A DNA stretch of 27,889 nt from Chlamydiota bacterium (GCA_050049995.1 JASFVE010000018.1:1-27889), one strand, 5' to 3'; counted from the stretch's first letter, positions 7,896 through 16,903 are shown. A program made the numbers and translations. Notes: a model not told the origin generated them from the sequence alone.

Positions 7896-9236
7896 ATGCA
7901 GGATTCTAACATTACAGCAATACTTCTTATGGCTGGCATTGGAAGCCGCTTTCAAAGCTCACTTCCCAAGCAGTACCATAATTTATCAGGAAAAAAAGTA
8001 TACTTTCACACATTAGATATTTTTTTAAAATCCAATTTATTCCAGGAAATTATTTTAGTTTGTGACGAAAAATTTACAAAAATGGTTGCTCATGAAGTAC
8101 AAAGTTTTACCCATTGCAAAGTCATTTCTGGTGGAAAAACAAGACAGGAGTCTTCCTATTTAGCACTGCTTGCCTGCCCAAAAAACACAGACTATGTAGT
8201 TATTCATGATGGTGTAAGGCCTTTTGTAAGCAGGCGTATTTTAGAAGAAAACTGTCAAAAAGTCCTTCAATACAAGGCTGTAGATACCTGCATTAAAAGC
8301 GCTGACACTATTGTCCACTCTAAAAATAATGCCCATATTAATGCCATCCCTCCCAGATCGGAATATCTAAGAGGACAAACACCTCAAAGCTTTAGCCACT
8401 CACTTATTAAACAAGCACATGAAAAAGCCATAGCAAATGCTATAAAGGATGCTTCCGATGACTGCCAATTAGTTCACAGGCTAGGACACGAAATAGCTAT
8501 TGTCGAAGGAGAAGAAAAAAATATAAAAATTACCACTAACCTGGATCTATTTCTTGCAGAGCAAATTTTTCGCCTACCCAACAAAAACATTTCATCTTCT
8601 AAAACTTCTCTCACTGGAAAGACTTTCATAGTTGTAGGATCTACAGGAGGCATAGGCAAAGAGATTTGCCGTCAATTAGAAGAATCCTTAGCCAAGGTTA
8701 TCCCTTTATCCAGACATAGTACTGAAATTACCCTCGACTTAAGTGATATGGCAAGTATTGAAAAGGCATTTCAAGAGGTGTTTTTAAAATATGGAGAGGT
8801 GGACGGTTTAATTAACGCAGCTGGGATCCTTGTAAAAAAACCACTAGACATAATTTCCCTTAAAGAGATCAAGCAAACGTTACAAGTCAATTTAACTGGT
8901 GTTATTTTATCCTGTAAGCACGCCAAGCTTAAACCCCAAGGCCATATAATAAATATCGCCTCTTCTTCTTATTTTAAAGGAAGAAAAGACTATGGCATCT
9001 ATTCTTCCACTAAAGCTGCTCTTGTCAACTTTTCACAAAGCTTGGCTGAAGAAAAGAAAGACCTTTCAGTTAATATTGTAGTTCCTCAAAGAACGGATAC
9101 TAAAATGAGAAGAGATCATTTTAATGATGACAACAAAGACTTGTTACCCCCTCAAGAAGTGGCCAGAAAAATTATTTCTGTATTGCAATCTGAAAATTTA
9201 AGTGGAGATATAATAGAAATAAGGGCTCAAAATTGA
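7896..9236 (+). CDS. Bifunctional IspD/TarI-type cytidylyltransferase + SDR reductase (Bcs1/Acs1-like CDP-polyol synthase)
   Basis: N-half has MAGIGSRF..PKQY, GGKTRQES, HDGVRPF, QTPQSF, SDD and NIKITT. C-half has GSTGGIG, NAAG and the catalytic YSSTK. Confidence 0.85.
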   Translation: MQDSNITAILLMAGIGSRFQSSLPKQYHNLSGKKVYFHTLDIFLKSNLFQEIILVCDEKFTKMVAHEVQSFTHCKVISGGKTRQESSYLALLACPKNTDYVVIHDGVRPFVSRRILEENCQKVLQYKAVDTCIKSADTIVHSKNNAHINAIPPRSEYLRGQTPQSFSHSLIKQAHEKAIANAIKDASDDCQLVHRLGHEIAIVEGEEKNIKITTNLDLFLAEQIFRLPNKNISSSKTSLTGKTFIVVGSTGGIGKEICRQLEESLAKVIPLSRHSTEITLDLSDMASIEKAFQEVFLKYGEVDGLINAAGILVKKPLDIISLKEIKQTLQVNLTGVILSCKHAKLKPQGHIINIASSSYFKGRKDYGIYSSTKAALVNFSQSLAEEKKDLSVNIVVPQRTDTKMRRDHFNDDNKDLLPPQEVARKIISVLQSENLSGDIIEIRAQN

Positions 9237-9276
9237 GCCCTTATCAAGTAAAACCAAGAGGTAATCAAGTACCTCT
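9219..9276 (-). terminator. Tandem hairpins between convergent genes
   Basis: Perfect 12-bp IR ATAAGGGCTCAA-AA-TTGAGCCCTTAT (9219-9244, covering the + strand stop codon) and AGAGGTA-N6-TACCTCT (9257-9276). Confidence 0.75.
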
Positions 9277-9281
9277 ATACT

Positions 9282-10550
9282 TTAGAAATCGAATCTAGCA
9301 CCTACAGTAAGACCATGAGTTAACAATGATCTTGTCCACATGCTCATCATGTCACCTGTATTTGGTGTTTGAGATCCAGCATATTCAGCTGTACGGATAG
9401 CATTGAAAAAGTTAGGCCATACGTTTAAGTCATAGCCTAGATTCAAACCAAGGTAGTATCCGCAGTCACCAAAATGAGCACCCCAATTAAGGCCAACACC
9501 CATTTCCCAAACAGTCTGGAAGTCAGTTACTTTAAACGATCTTGTTAATGTATATGGAAAAGACTCAGTAACAAAAACGTTAGTACCTCTAGCCAAGACG
9601 CTTTCTTTATGTTCATATTGGAACTGACCAATTAAAGCAGCTACACCACTTTTTCCATAAAAGCCAAAGCCCCAACCAAGATCTACATTAGAATTAATAC
9701 CTGAATGAAGACCCACACCTAGGTTCATGTGATTAGCTATATCAACATGGTTAGTAAATGGAACTGTACGTCCATCAGATGTTGAGCCGTATAAGTAGTC
9801 AACTCTTAAGTCAGCTTTTACCCAAGCAAAACGAACCCCAACATATGGGCTATAGGTAAATCTGTTGCAAGCAAATGTCTTTTGAAAATCAATGTCTAAA
9901 ACATTTTCTCTATGTCTTTGAATGGAACTTGCTGATACTGGTAAACCTTCATAATCAGCAAAACCAGTTGGTGGTGTATTAGTCATCCATACAGCATCAA
10001 CATAAGATCTTTCTTGTACTGGAATTCCGTTATCAACCCCTGCTCCAGAAACGCTATCTGTTCCATTGGCTTGGTATTGTCTATAAGTTGCAAGTAAGTT
10101 AGAGCAATCTGAAAAGTAAATTCCAAGATTTAATCTATAACCAGAGTGAGCATTCAACTCTGTTGTTCTTACTTGTGCATTAAATGCAGTATAGTCAGCA
10201 TCTAATAGGTCATATGGAGGAGATGCATATCTAAATATTGTATATGGCACAGTTGTGTATGTTTTCCAATACAGATATTCACCTGCTAAGGTTACATAAC
10301 CACATTTTGCTGGAAGAGGAAGCATAGGGCAGCAAGTAAGGTAATCACTGCATGTGCAGCTTGAAGGAGATTTTTTGCACTCCTTTTTTGGACATTTGCA
10401 TACCTCTTGGCATTCCTTTTTTGGACATCCACTTTTTGAATAACTTCTATTCCCATTTCTCATTGCAGCTACATCATTTGTGTCTGCAAAAGCCATATTT
10501 GCTATAGAAGCCATAGCAAAAAATACGGCCATCATAAACTTAAGCCTCAT
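9282..10550 (-). CDS. Lpg1974-family / MOMP-like beta-barrel protein (paralog 2, Cys-rich N-terminus)
   Basis: GGAGG SD before ATG 10550, signal peptide, GEYLYWK, HSGYRLNLG, RFAWVKADLRVDYL, and C-terminal HGLTVGARFDF. Confidence 0.88.
   Translation of the reverse strand: MRLKFMMAVFFAMASIANMAFADTNDVAAMRNGNRSYSKSGCPKKECQEVCKCPKKECKKSPSSCTCSDYLTCCPMLPLPAKCGYVTLAGEYLYWKTYTTVPYTIFRYASPPYDLLDADYTAFNAQVRTTELNAHSGYRLNLGIYFSDCSNLLATYRQYQANGTDSVSGAGVDNGIPVQERSYVDAVWMTNTPPTGFADYEGLPVSASSIQRHRENVLDIDFQKTFACNRFTYSPYVGVRFAWVKADLRVDYLYGSTSDGRTVPFTNHVDIANHMNLGVGLHSGINSNVDLGWGFGFYGKSGVAALIGQFQYEHKESVLARGTNVFVTESFPYTLTRSFKVTDFQTVWEMGVGLNWGAHFGDCGYYLGLNLGYDLNVWPNFFNAIRTAEYAGSQTPNTGDMMSMWTRSLLTHGLTVGARFDF
10377..10428. 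repeat. Direct repeat encoding CPKKEC twice (33-bp period)
   Basis: gcactccttttttggacat (10377-10395) and gcattccttttttggacat (10410-10428). Confidence 0.85.
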
Positions 10551-10720
10551 ATAAGCCTCCTTTTTTACTTTGGTGTATAACAAATATAATTTATTTATAC
10601 ATACTTTTTTTTAAAACTTTTTTCTGACAGGACTTTTTCTTATATGAATTAACACGAAAGTTATAAGTAAAAAGCCTCTAGAAAAGTATGTTTTCTTAAT
10701 ACTTGTTTAATAAAAGTGAA

Positions 10721-10785
10721 GTGGATTGTTAAATCCACACAAGAAAATAGAAAATTACGAAGTAGGCATTAGAAAATAATGCCTA
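10721..10785 (-). terminator. Two hairpins downstream of paralog 3
   Basis: TAGGCATTA-GAAAA-TAATGCCTA (10763-10785) and GTGGATT-GTTA-AATCCAC (10721-10738). U-tracts are imperfect. Confidence 0.5.
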
Positions 10786-10833
10786 TTATTATCTTTTAGT
10801 TGTAAAAGATTCATCTAGAAAGTTGACTTTGGT

Positions 10834-12102
10834 CTAAAAATCTATTCTTGCTCCTAATTTAAGACCATGTGTCAATAATGATTCAGTCCAACTGCTCATA
10901 AGGTCTGTCTGGTTAGGCATCTGTAATGATACATTAGTATCATCTCCTCGATATTCGCTTTGACGAATCGCTGTAAAAAACCTTGGCCATACACTTACAT
11001 CATAACCTACCTTTAGATCGAGGTAATATTTACAGTTTTGAAAGTGGCGCCCCCAATTAAGGTCGACTCCAAGCTCCCAATTTGTTTGAAAATTAGTCAC
11101 TTTAAAAGAGCGATTAGTCGTATAAGCCACTCTTTGAAAATAAGTCGATGTTGGCCTATCTGAACTGTCTACCACATCTTCTTTGTGAGCATACTGAAAT
11201 TGTCCAATTAGTGGAGCTAGAGCTATTTTTGAGTTCACTCCAAATCCCCAACAAAGTTTGATATTAGAGCTCAAACCAGCGTGTAGGCCCACTCCAAGGT
11301 TCATATGGTTCGCTATATCCACATGATTTGTAAATGGAAGGGGTAGATTTCCCTGAGTGTCATTAGAGGATCCTAGTAAATAGTCCACTCTTAAATCAGC
11401 TTTCAGCCAAGCAAAACGAACGCCAAGAAAAGGATTAAAAGTAAATCTGTTGCAGATAAATGATCGTAAAAAATCTACATCGAAAACTGTTTCTCTATAT
11501 CTCTGCGTTGCATTCGCTGAAACAGGAGCTCCCTGATTAAAATTCAGATTTGCTGGATTATTGCTCATCCAGACCATATCGATCCAACTTTTTTCTTGAA
11601 CTGGCATATCATCAGTGGGATCACCACCCGTTGAAATACCATTTGCTCCATGAGCTTGAAATTGCCTTAATGTCCCTAAGAAAAGCCAATTTTTAGAAAG
11701 ATAAATACCTAAGTTGATTCTATATCCACTATGAGCATTTAATTCAGTGCTTTCTACTTCCTGATTAAATGGTTCTGAACTATTAATTAAGAGAAAAGGA
11801 GGCGCCGCATATTTTAATATCGCATAAGGAATCTCCGTGTATGCCTTCCAGAACAGATACTCACCTGCAAAAAATACGTACCCATTTTTATTAGGAAGGG
11901 GAAGCATGGGGCAACATGTTTTATAGTCGGAACATCTACATTTTGATATATAGTGACACTCTTTCTTGATATCTTGCCGCTGCTGGAGAAAATACCCATT
12001 TTTTTCTTGCACATCCGCTTCATTATCACCGGTGCTAGCCAAAGCAATATTGCTCATAAAAAGCATCATAAAAAATACAACAGCCTTAAAATTAAACTTC
12101 AT
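10834..12102 (-). CDS. Lpg1974-family / MOMP-like beta-barrel protein (paralog 3)
   Basis: Start MKFNFK aligns with paralogs 2, 4 and 5. Same conserved blocks; ends HGLKLGARIDF. Confidence 0.88.
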   Translation of the reverse strand: MKFNFKAVVFFMMLFMSNIALASTGDNEADVQEKNGYFLQQRQDIKKECHYISKCRCSDYKTCCPMLPLPNKNGYVFFAGEYLFWKAYTEIPYAILKYAAPPFLLINSSEPFNQEVESTELNAHSGYRINLGIYLSKNWLFLGTLRQFQAHGANGISTGGDPTDDMPVQEKSWIDMVWMSNNPANLNFNQGAPVSANATQRYRETVFDVDFLRSFICNRFTFNPFLGVRFAWLKADLRVDYLLGSSNDTQGNLPLPFTNHVDIANHMNLGVGLHAGLSSNIKLCWGFGVNSKIALAPLIGQFQYAHKEDVVDSSDRPTSTYFQRVAYTTNRSFKVTNFQTNWELGVDLNWGRHFQNCKYYLDLKVGYDVSVWPRFFTAIRQSEYRGDDTNVSLQMPNQTDLMSSWTESLLTHGLKLGARIDF

Positions 12103-12127
12103 ACAAAAAAGCCTTTTTTGAGTGTTT

Positions 12128-12156
12128 TGTATAGCAAAATATTTTTTTTTAATCAA
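12128..12156 (-). promoter_or_regulatory. Putative promoter of paralog 3
   Basis: TTGATT-17 nt-TATACA with a TG extension, conserved in the duplicated upstream region of paralog 4. Confidence 0.55.
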
Positions 12157-12291
12157 AATTTTGTTAAAATTTATTTTTACTTTTCTTGTAAATTATTCTG
12201 GTTAATATAAACTTATGTTTTTTCTGATTATCTTTATCATACTTTTTAAACAGCAGATTTAATCCTGAAAAACAAGATTCAAGTTAATACT

Positions 12292-13557
12292 TTAAAAATC
12301 AAATCTAGCACCTAAATTAAGCCCATGTGTTAATAACGATTCAGTCCATTTGCTCATTATATCTACTGTATTGGGGACTGAGAGAGCATGAGTTCCAGAC
12401 CTTGTAATTTCACTTTGTCGAATGGCCGTAAAAAACTTAGGCCATACACTCAACTCATATCCAACTTTGAGTCCCAAATAATAATCGCAGTCTTTAAAAT
12501 GATGCCCCCAATTTAAATCCACTCCAAATTCCCAATTTGTTTGAAAATTAGTTATTTTATAAGAGCGCTCCATTGTGAACCTTCCTGGAAACCCTAGAGG
12601 AGCTGCAACAGTAAGAAAATCAAACATTTCTTCTCTGTGAGCAAACTGAAATTGTCCGATGAGCGGTGCTATTGCTATTTTACTGCCAATACCAAAACCT
12701 GATCCAAGATCAATATTCGAGATCAATCCTGTGTGAAGGCCTATTCCAAGATTCAAATGATTCGCAATATCAACATGATTTGTAAATGGCAGCCTTAAGC
12801 TACCAAAAGAATCCCCCACTAAATAATCAACTCTTAAGTCAGCTTTAAGCCAGGCAAAACGAACTCCCATAAAAGGATTAAAAGTAAATCTATTACAGAC
12901 GAATGATCGTAAAAAATCTATATCTAACACTTTTTCTCTATATCTTTGCGTAGCATTTGCTGAAACAGGAAGCCCTTGTTGAGCGTTACCACCTCCTATG
13001 ATTGGATATATTGATGCCCAAACCATATCAATCCATCCTCTTTCCTGAAGAGGTATGCTAGAACTATCCCCACTCCCTGAAGTTCCATCTGTCCCATGTG
13101 CTTGAAATTGCCTAAATGTTGCATTTATAAGCCAACAATTTGGCAAATATGCAGCTAAATTTAGTCTATATCCTGTATGTGCATTGAGCTTTACAGTTTT
13201 TACATCCTTATTATAATAAACATAGGCTGGATCAGATTGCTCATCTACAAAAGGGGGCACTGCAGCATTCAATATGGCATAAGGGACTAAAGTATATGGT
13301 TTCCAATAAAGATACTCACCTGCTAAAACTACATAACCATTTTCATTAGCAAGAGGAAGAGAGGGACAACATGTTCTATAGTCTGAGCATGAGCATTTTG
13401 ACATATAGTCACACTCTTTCTTTTTACTTTCTTGATACGTGGGGAAATATTCTTTATTTTCTTTTCCCTCAACTCCATTAATATCTTTACTGGCAAAAAT
13501 AATATTAGCAGTAGAAAGCGCGATAAAAAATATGGAAGCTTTGAAATTTAACTTCAT
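12292..13557 (-). CDS. Lpg1974-family / MOMP-like beta-barrel protein (paralog 4)
   Basis: Signal peptide, GEYLYWK, PFTNHVDIANH; ends HGLNLGARFDF. Confidence 0.88.
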   Translation of the reverse strand: MKLNFKASIFFIALSTANIIFASKDINGVEGKENKEYFPTYQESKKKECDYMSKCSCSDYRTCCPSLPLANENGYVVLAGEYLYWKPYTLVPYAILNAAVPPFVDEQSDPAYVYYNKDVKTVKLNAHTGYRLNLAAYLPNCWLINATFRQFQAHGTDGTSGSGDSSSIPLQERGWIDMVWASIYPIIGGGNAQQGLPVSANATQRYREKVLDIDFLRSFVCNRFTFNPFMGVRFAWLKADLRVDYLVGDSFGSLRLPFTNHVDIANHLNLGIGLHTGLISNIDLGSGFGIGSKIAIAPLIGQFQFAHREEMFDFLTVAAPLGFPGRFTMERSYKITNFQTNWEFGVDLNWGHHFKDCDYYLGLKVGYELSVWPKFFTAIRQSEITRSGTHALSVPNTVDIMSKWTESLLTHGLNLGARFDF

Positions 13558-13581
13558 GCAAAAAGCCTTTTTTGAGTGTTT

Positions 13582-13610
13582 TATATAGCAAAGAAATTTT
13601 TTTTTATCAA
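13582..13610 (-). promoter_or_regulatory. Putative promoter of paralog 4
   Basis: TTGATA-17 nt-TATATA with a TG extension, homologous to 12128-12156. Confidence 0.55.
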
Positions 13611-13839
13611 AATCTATTTAAAATATTTTCTTTTCAAATTTAAAAACTAAAATGCAGATCTCCAATATTAAAAATAAATGCCATTAACCCTAGCTAAGCT
13701 ACATTGCTTGTAATAATATTTATAGAAGTAATTTAGGTTTTTTTGACTTCCAAGCACAAAAACATCACTCTTTTTAACAGCGATCCATTTACAAGCAGAA
13801 TTTTTCAAAGCAGGAAAATAGATATCATTTTAAATATTT

Positions 13840-15099
13840 TCAAAAATCAAACCTCGCACCTAAACTAAGACCATGTGTTAATAAAGATTCAGTCCAGGTG
13901 CTCATTATATCGTTGTAATTTATAGGAATAAGCGGTTCCGTATAGAACGTCGCCTGACGAATGGCATTAAAAAAATCTGGCCAGATATTCACATCATATC
14001 CCGCTTTTAACCCAAGAAAATATTTGCAGTCATTAAAGTGGTATCCCCAATTCAGATTGATTCCCAATTCCCAATTTGTTTGAAAGTTAGTTGCTTTAAA
14101 TGACCGTTCAAGCGTTGGAGTTGTAATTGTAAAAGGAGTTTGTTCAATATCAAAAATATCTTCTCTATGCGCATATTGAAATTGGCCAACTAATGCACTA
14201 AACGCAAATTTTCCGCCAAACCCAAACCCCCAACCAAGATCTATATTGGAAGTCAGGCCAGCATGAGCACCTACTCCAAGATTCATATGGTTGGCAACAT
14301 CCACATGATTAGTAAAAGGAAGACCGGAATAAGTATTAGTATTAGAATGATTGATGAGATAATCAACTCTTAAATCAGTTTTGAGCCAAGCAAAACGAGT
14401 GCCTAGAAAAGGGTTAAAAGTAAAGCGATGGTATGTAAATGACCTCATAAAGTCTATATCCAAAACTTTTTCTCTATATCTCTGCGTTGCATTTGCAGAT
14501 ATGGGATGACCTTCAAAGCCAGTTCCTGGAGGGGCACCGGGAGTTGAGAGATCTGCAGGATAGTTATCCATCCAAACCATATCTATCCAAGAATACCCTG
14601 GCCTCGGCTCTCCACTAACGGCTCCACCAACTGAAATCCCATCTGTTCCACGCGATTGAAACTGCCTATATGTTCCAAGTAAAAGCCAGCAATCTGAAAA
14701 ATAAAAGCCCAAATTTAGTCGATATCCAGTATGAGCATGAAGTTCTACTGTTTTTACTTCTTGATCAAAAGGAATGTAGCCCTTGGTATAGGAGGGAACG
14801 GTATCATTTCCTTCTATAACATATGGTGGTACTGCAAATTTTGCTATCGCATAAGGAATAATCGTATATGTTTTCCAATAAAGATACTCTCCATCCAAAA
14901 ACAAATAGCGATTATCTTTAATTGGTAAAGGAAGAGTTGGGCAACATGACTGTGCGTATTCTTTTTGTTTATCTAGCTCTCTTTTTCTTTCGTTGAGAAA
15001 GCTTTTTGATTGGGGAGTAATGTCGTTTTCCATATTTGCATAAACTATGTTAACCATAGAAAACATGGTAAAAAATAACGACGCAAACTTCAGCTTCAT
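13840..15099 (-). CDS. Lpg1974-family / MOMP-like beta-barrel protein (paralog 5)
   Basis: GAGG SD, signal peptide, GEYLYWK; ends HGLSLGARFDF. Confidence 0.88.
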   Translation of the reverse strand: MKLKFASLFFTMFSMVNIVYANMENDITPQSKSFLNERKRELDKQKEYAQSCCPTLPLPIKDNRYLFLDGEYLYWKTYTIIPYAIAKFAVPPYVIEGNDTVPSYTKGYIPFDQEVKTVELHAHTGYRLNLGFYFSDCWLLLGTYRQFQSRGTDGISVGGAVSGEPRPGYSWIDMVWMDNYPADLSTPGAPPGTGFEGHPISANATQRYREKVLDIDFMRSFTYHRFTFNPFLGTRFAWLKTDLRVDYLINHSNTNTYSGLPFTNHVDVANHMNLGVGAHAGLTSNIDLGWGFGFGGKFAFSALVGQFQYAHREDIFDIEQTPFTITTPTLERSFKATNFQTNWELGINLNWGYHFNDCKYFLGLKAGYDVNIWPDFFNAIRQATFYTEPLIPINYNDIMSTWTESLLTHGLSLGARFDF

Positions 15100-15288
15100 G
15101 CAAGCCTCTTCTTTCTTTGTTAATATTAAAAATAAATTTATTGATATTAGTCATTTTTTAGAAGAGAAAAGATAATTAAAAGCGACAAAGTTGCTCTTTG
15201 TTAGAGTAGAAAGATCACGATAACTTAATTAGAAATAGTTGTGTGTAGTTGAATGGTAGAGGATAAACATTGGTGGCGTAATAGAAAA

Positions 15289-15361
15289 TGAGGCTTGTTG
15301 GGCTCGAACCAACGACCCTCTCCTTAAAAGGGAGATGCTCTACCAACTGAGCTAAAGCCTC
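15289..15361 (-). tRNA. tRNA-Lys(UUU)
   Basis: GAGGCTT acceptor stem, TCTCC-CTTTTAA-GGAGA anticodon arm, GTTCGA T-loop; CCA not encoded. Confidence 0.97.
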
Positions 15362-15365
15362 ATTA

Positions 15366-15440
15366 TGACCCCAAGGGGATTCGAACCCCTGTTACCGGAA
15401 TGAAAATCCGATGTCCTAGGCCGGGCTAGACGATGGGGCC
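15366..15440 (-). tRNA. tRNA-Glu(UUC)
   Basis: GGCCCCA...TGGGGTC acceptor stem, TCGGA-TTTTCAT-TCCGG anticodon arm, GTTCGAATC T-loop; 4-nt spacer to tRNA-Lys. Confidence 0.97.
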
Positions 15441-15484
15441 AAGAATGGTTAAATCTTAACCTCTTTGCCTAATTTAAAACAAGA

Positions 15485-16036
15485 CTAAATCTCTAAGATT
15501 TCTTCTTGTTTTTTTTCGCAAATCTCATCGATTTGCTTACAATAACTATCTGTTAGTTCTTGTATCTTTTTTTCTAAAGACTTCATTAAGTCTTCAGGAA
15601 TTTCCCCATCGGCCTTTTGCTTTCTGATGAGTTCATTATTTTTTCTACGCACTTCCCTAACAGCCACTTTAGCATCTTCACCTTTTCTTTTGCACTGCTT
15701 AGCAATGCTTTCACGCATTTTTGCATCCATAGGAGGAATATTAATACGAACTACATTACCTTCCACAATAGGTTGAAGATTTAGATTAGCATTTTCAATA
15801 GCCTTACCAATTACTCCAGTGTTATTAGAGTCATAAGGAGTTATAAGAATTTGCCTAGGCTCTGGAACAGTGATATTAGCAACGTCACGTAAGCGCATTT
15901 TAGCGCCATACACTTCTACACTTACACTATCTAAAATAGATGGATTAGCGCGAGATGTACGAAGGTTTTTCAACTCATTTTGCAAATGAGTAATCGCACC
16001 TTCCATGCTGCTTTTTGTTTCTTTTTCAATGGTCAT
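15485..16036 (-). CDS. frr: Ribosome recycling factor
   Basis: LRTSRANPSILD, VEVYG, INIPP and KVAVREVRR motifs; downstream of tsf. Confidence 0.97.
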   Translation of the reverse strand: MTIEKETKSSMEGAITHLQNELKNLRTSRANPSILDSVSVEVYGAKMRLRDVANITVPEPRQILITPYDSNNTGVIGKAIENANLNLQPIVEGNVVRINIPPMDAKMRESIAKQCKRKGEDAKVAVREVRRKNNELIRKQKADGEIPEDLMKSLEKKIQELTDSYCKQIDEICEKKQEEILEI

Positions 16037-16057
16037 GTTTTTTTTACCCTTGAAAGA

Positions 16058-16903
16058 TTAGGAAATAGTCCAACGCCAAAACTTAGTAAGTTTTAAAGTT
16101 TTACCAACTTTTTGACTTTGATTTGCTACATGTTTTTCCACAGTAACAGATGGATCTTTTACAAACTTCTGACCTAGTAAGCAGACTTGATCACAGTAAG
16201 CTTTAAATTTTCCAGCTATAATTTTCTCAGCAATATCAGCAGGTTTTCCTTGGATTTGCGCTCTGGCAATTTCTTCTTCTCTTTGTTTGATTTCTGCTGG
16301 AATCTCTTCAGAACTTAAGTAATCAGGATCTTCCGCTGCAATGTGCATAGCAATATCTTTTGCTAAGTCTTGCTCGAAATTAGAACCTTCAATCTCAACT
16401 ACAGCTACGATTTTTCCATTCATGTGAGAATATACACCATAAGATGCTGTTTCATTCTTAAGAATGATTTCCATTCTTTTGATTTGAATGTTTTCACCTA
16501 GAGCTTGAATAACTGTATTTCTATAGGCATCAACAGTTAGAGCTTTGTCTTCCAAAGTTGGTTGCTCTAAAAGCTCCTGAAGAGAAGAGGGGTTTGTTGT
16601 TGCAGCTTGAGCTGCGATATTTTGTAAAAACTGTTGAAACTTTTCGTTTTTCACAACAAAGTCTGTTTCCGCGCAAACTTCTACTAAAGAAATATGTTGG
16701 CCAATATCAGCAAAAGCAATAGAACCTTCTTTAGTTTCTCGCCCTTCTTTTTTTACAGCTGAGGCCATCCCTTTTTTGCGTAAATATTCAATAGCACGAT
16801 CTAAGTCACCATCAGACTCTACTAATGCTTCCTTACACTTTGCCATGCCAACTCCAGTTCTTTCGCGGAGTTCTTTAATCATTTCCATAGTCAAATTACT
16901 CAT
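16058..16903 (-). CDS. tsf: Elongation factor Ts
   Basis: IKELRERTGVGMAKCKEAL, ETDFV, GENIQIKR and IAMHIAA. ATG 16903 is well spaced from AGGAG and overlaps the rpsB stop. Confidence 0.97.
   Translation of the reverse strand: MSNLTMEMIKELRERTGVGMAKCKEALVESDGDLDRAIEYLRKKGMASAVKKEGRETKEGSIAFADIGQHISLVEVCAETDFVVKNEKFQQFLQNIAAQAATTNPSSLQELLEQPTLEDKALTVDAYRNTVIQALGENIQIKRMEIILKNETASYGVYSHMNGKIVAVVEIEGSNFEQDLAKDIAMHIAAEDPDYLSSEEIPAEIKQREEEIARAQIQGKPADIAEKIIAGKFKAYCDQVCLLGQKFVKDPSVTVEKHVANQSQKVGKTLKLTKFWRWTIS

Noticed and set aside
7896..8580. Calling the gene ispD (MEP pathway)
   Set aside because: The SDR fusion and HDGVRP motif fit Bcs1/TarI-type enzymes better.
9282..15099. Assigning ompA to any of the porins
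   Set aside because: Motifs fit the Lpg1974/MOMP-like family; orthology to Chlamydiaceae ompA cannot be shown by eye.
6571..15361. tRNA-Lys-anchored genomic island or prophage
   Set aside because: I saw no integrase, transposase or duplicated tRNA 3' end. Tandem duplication explains the array.
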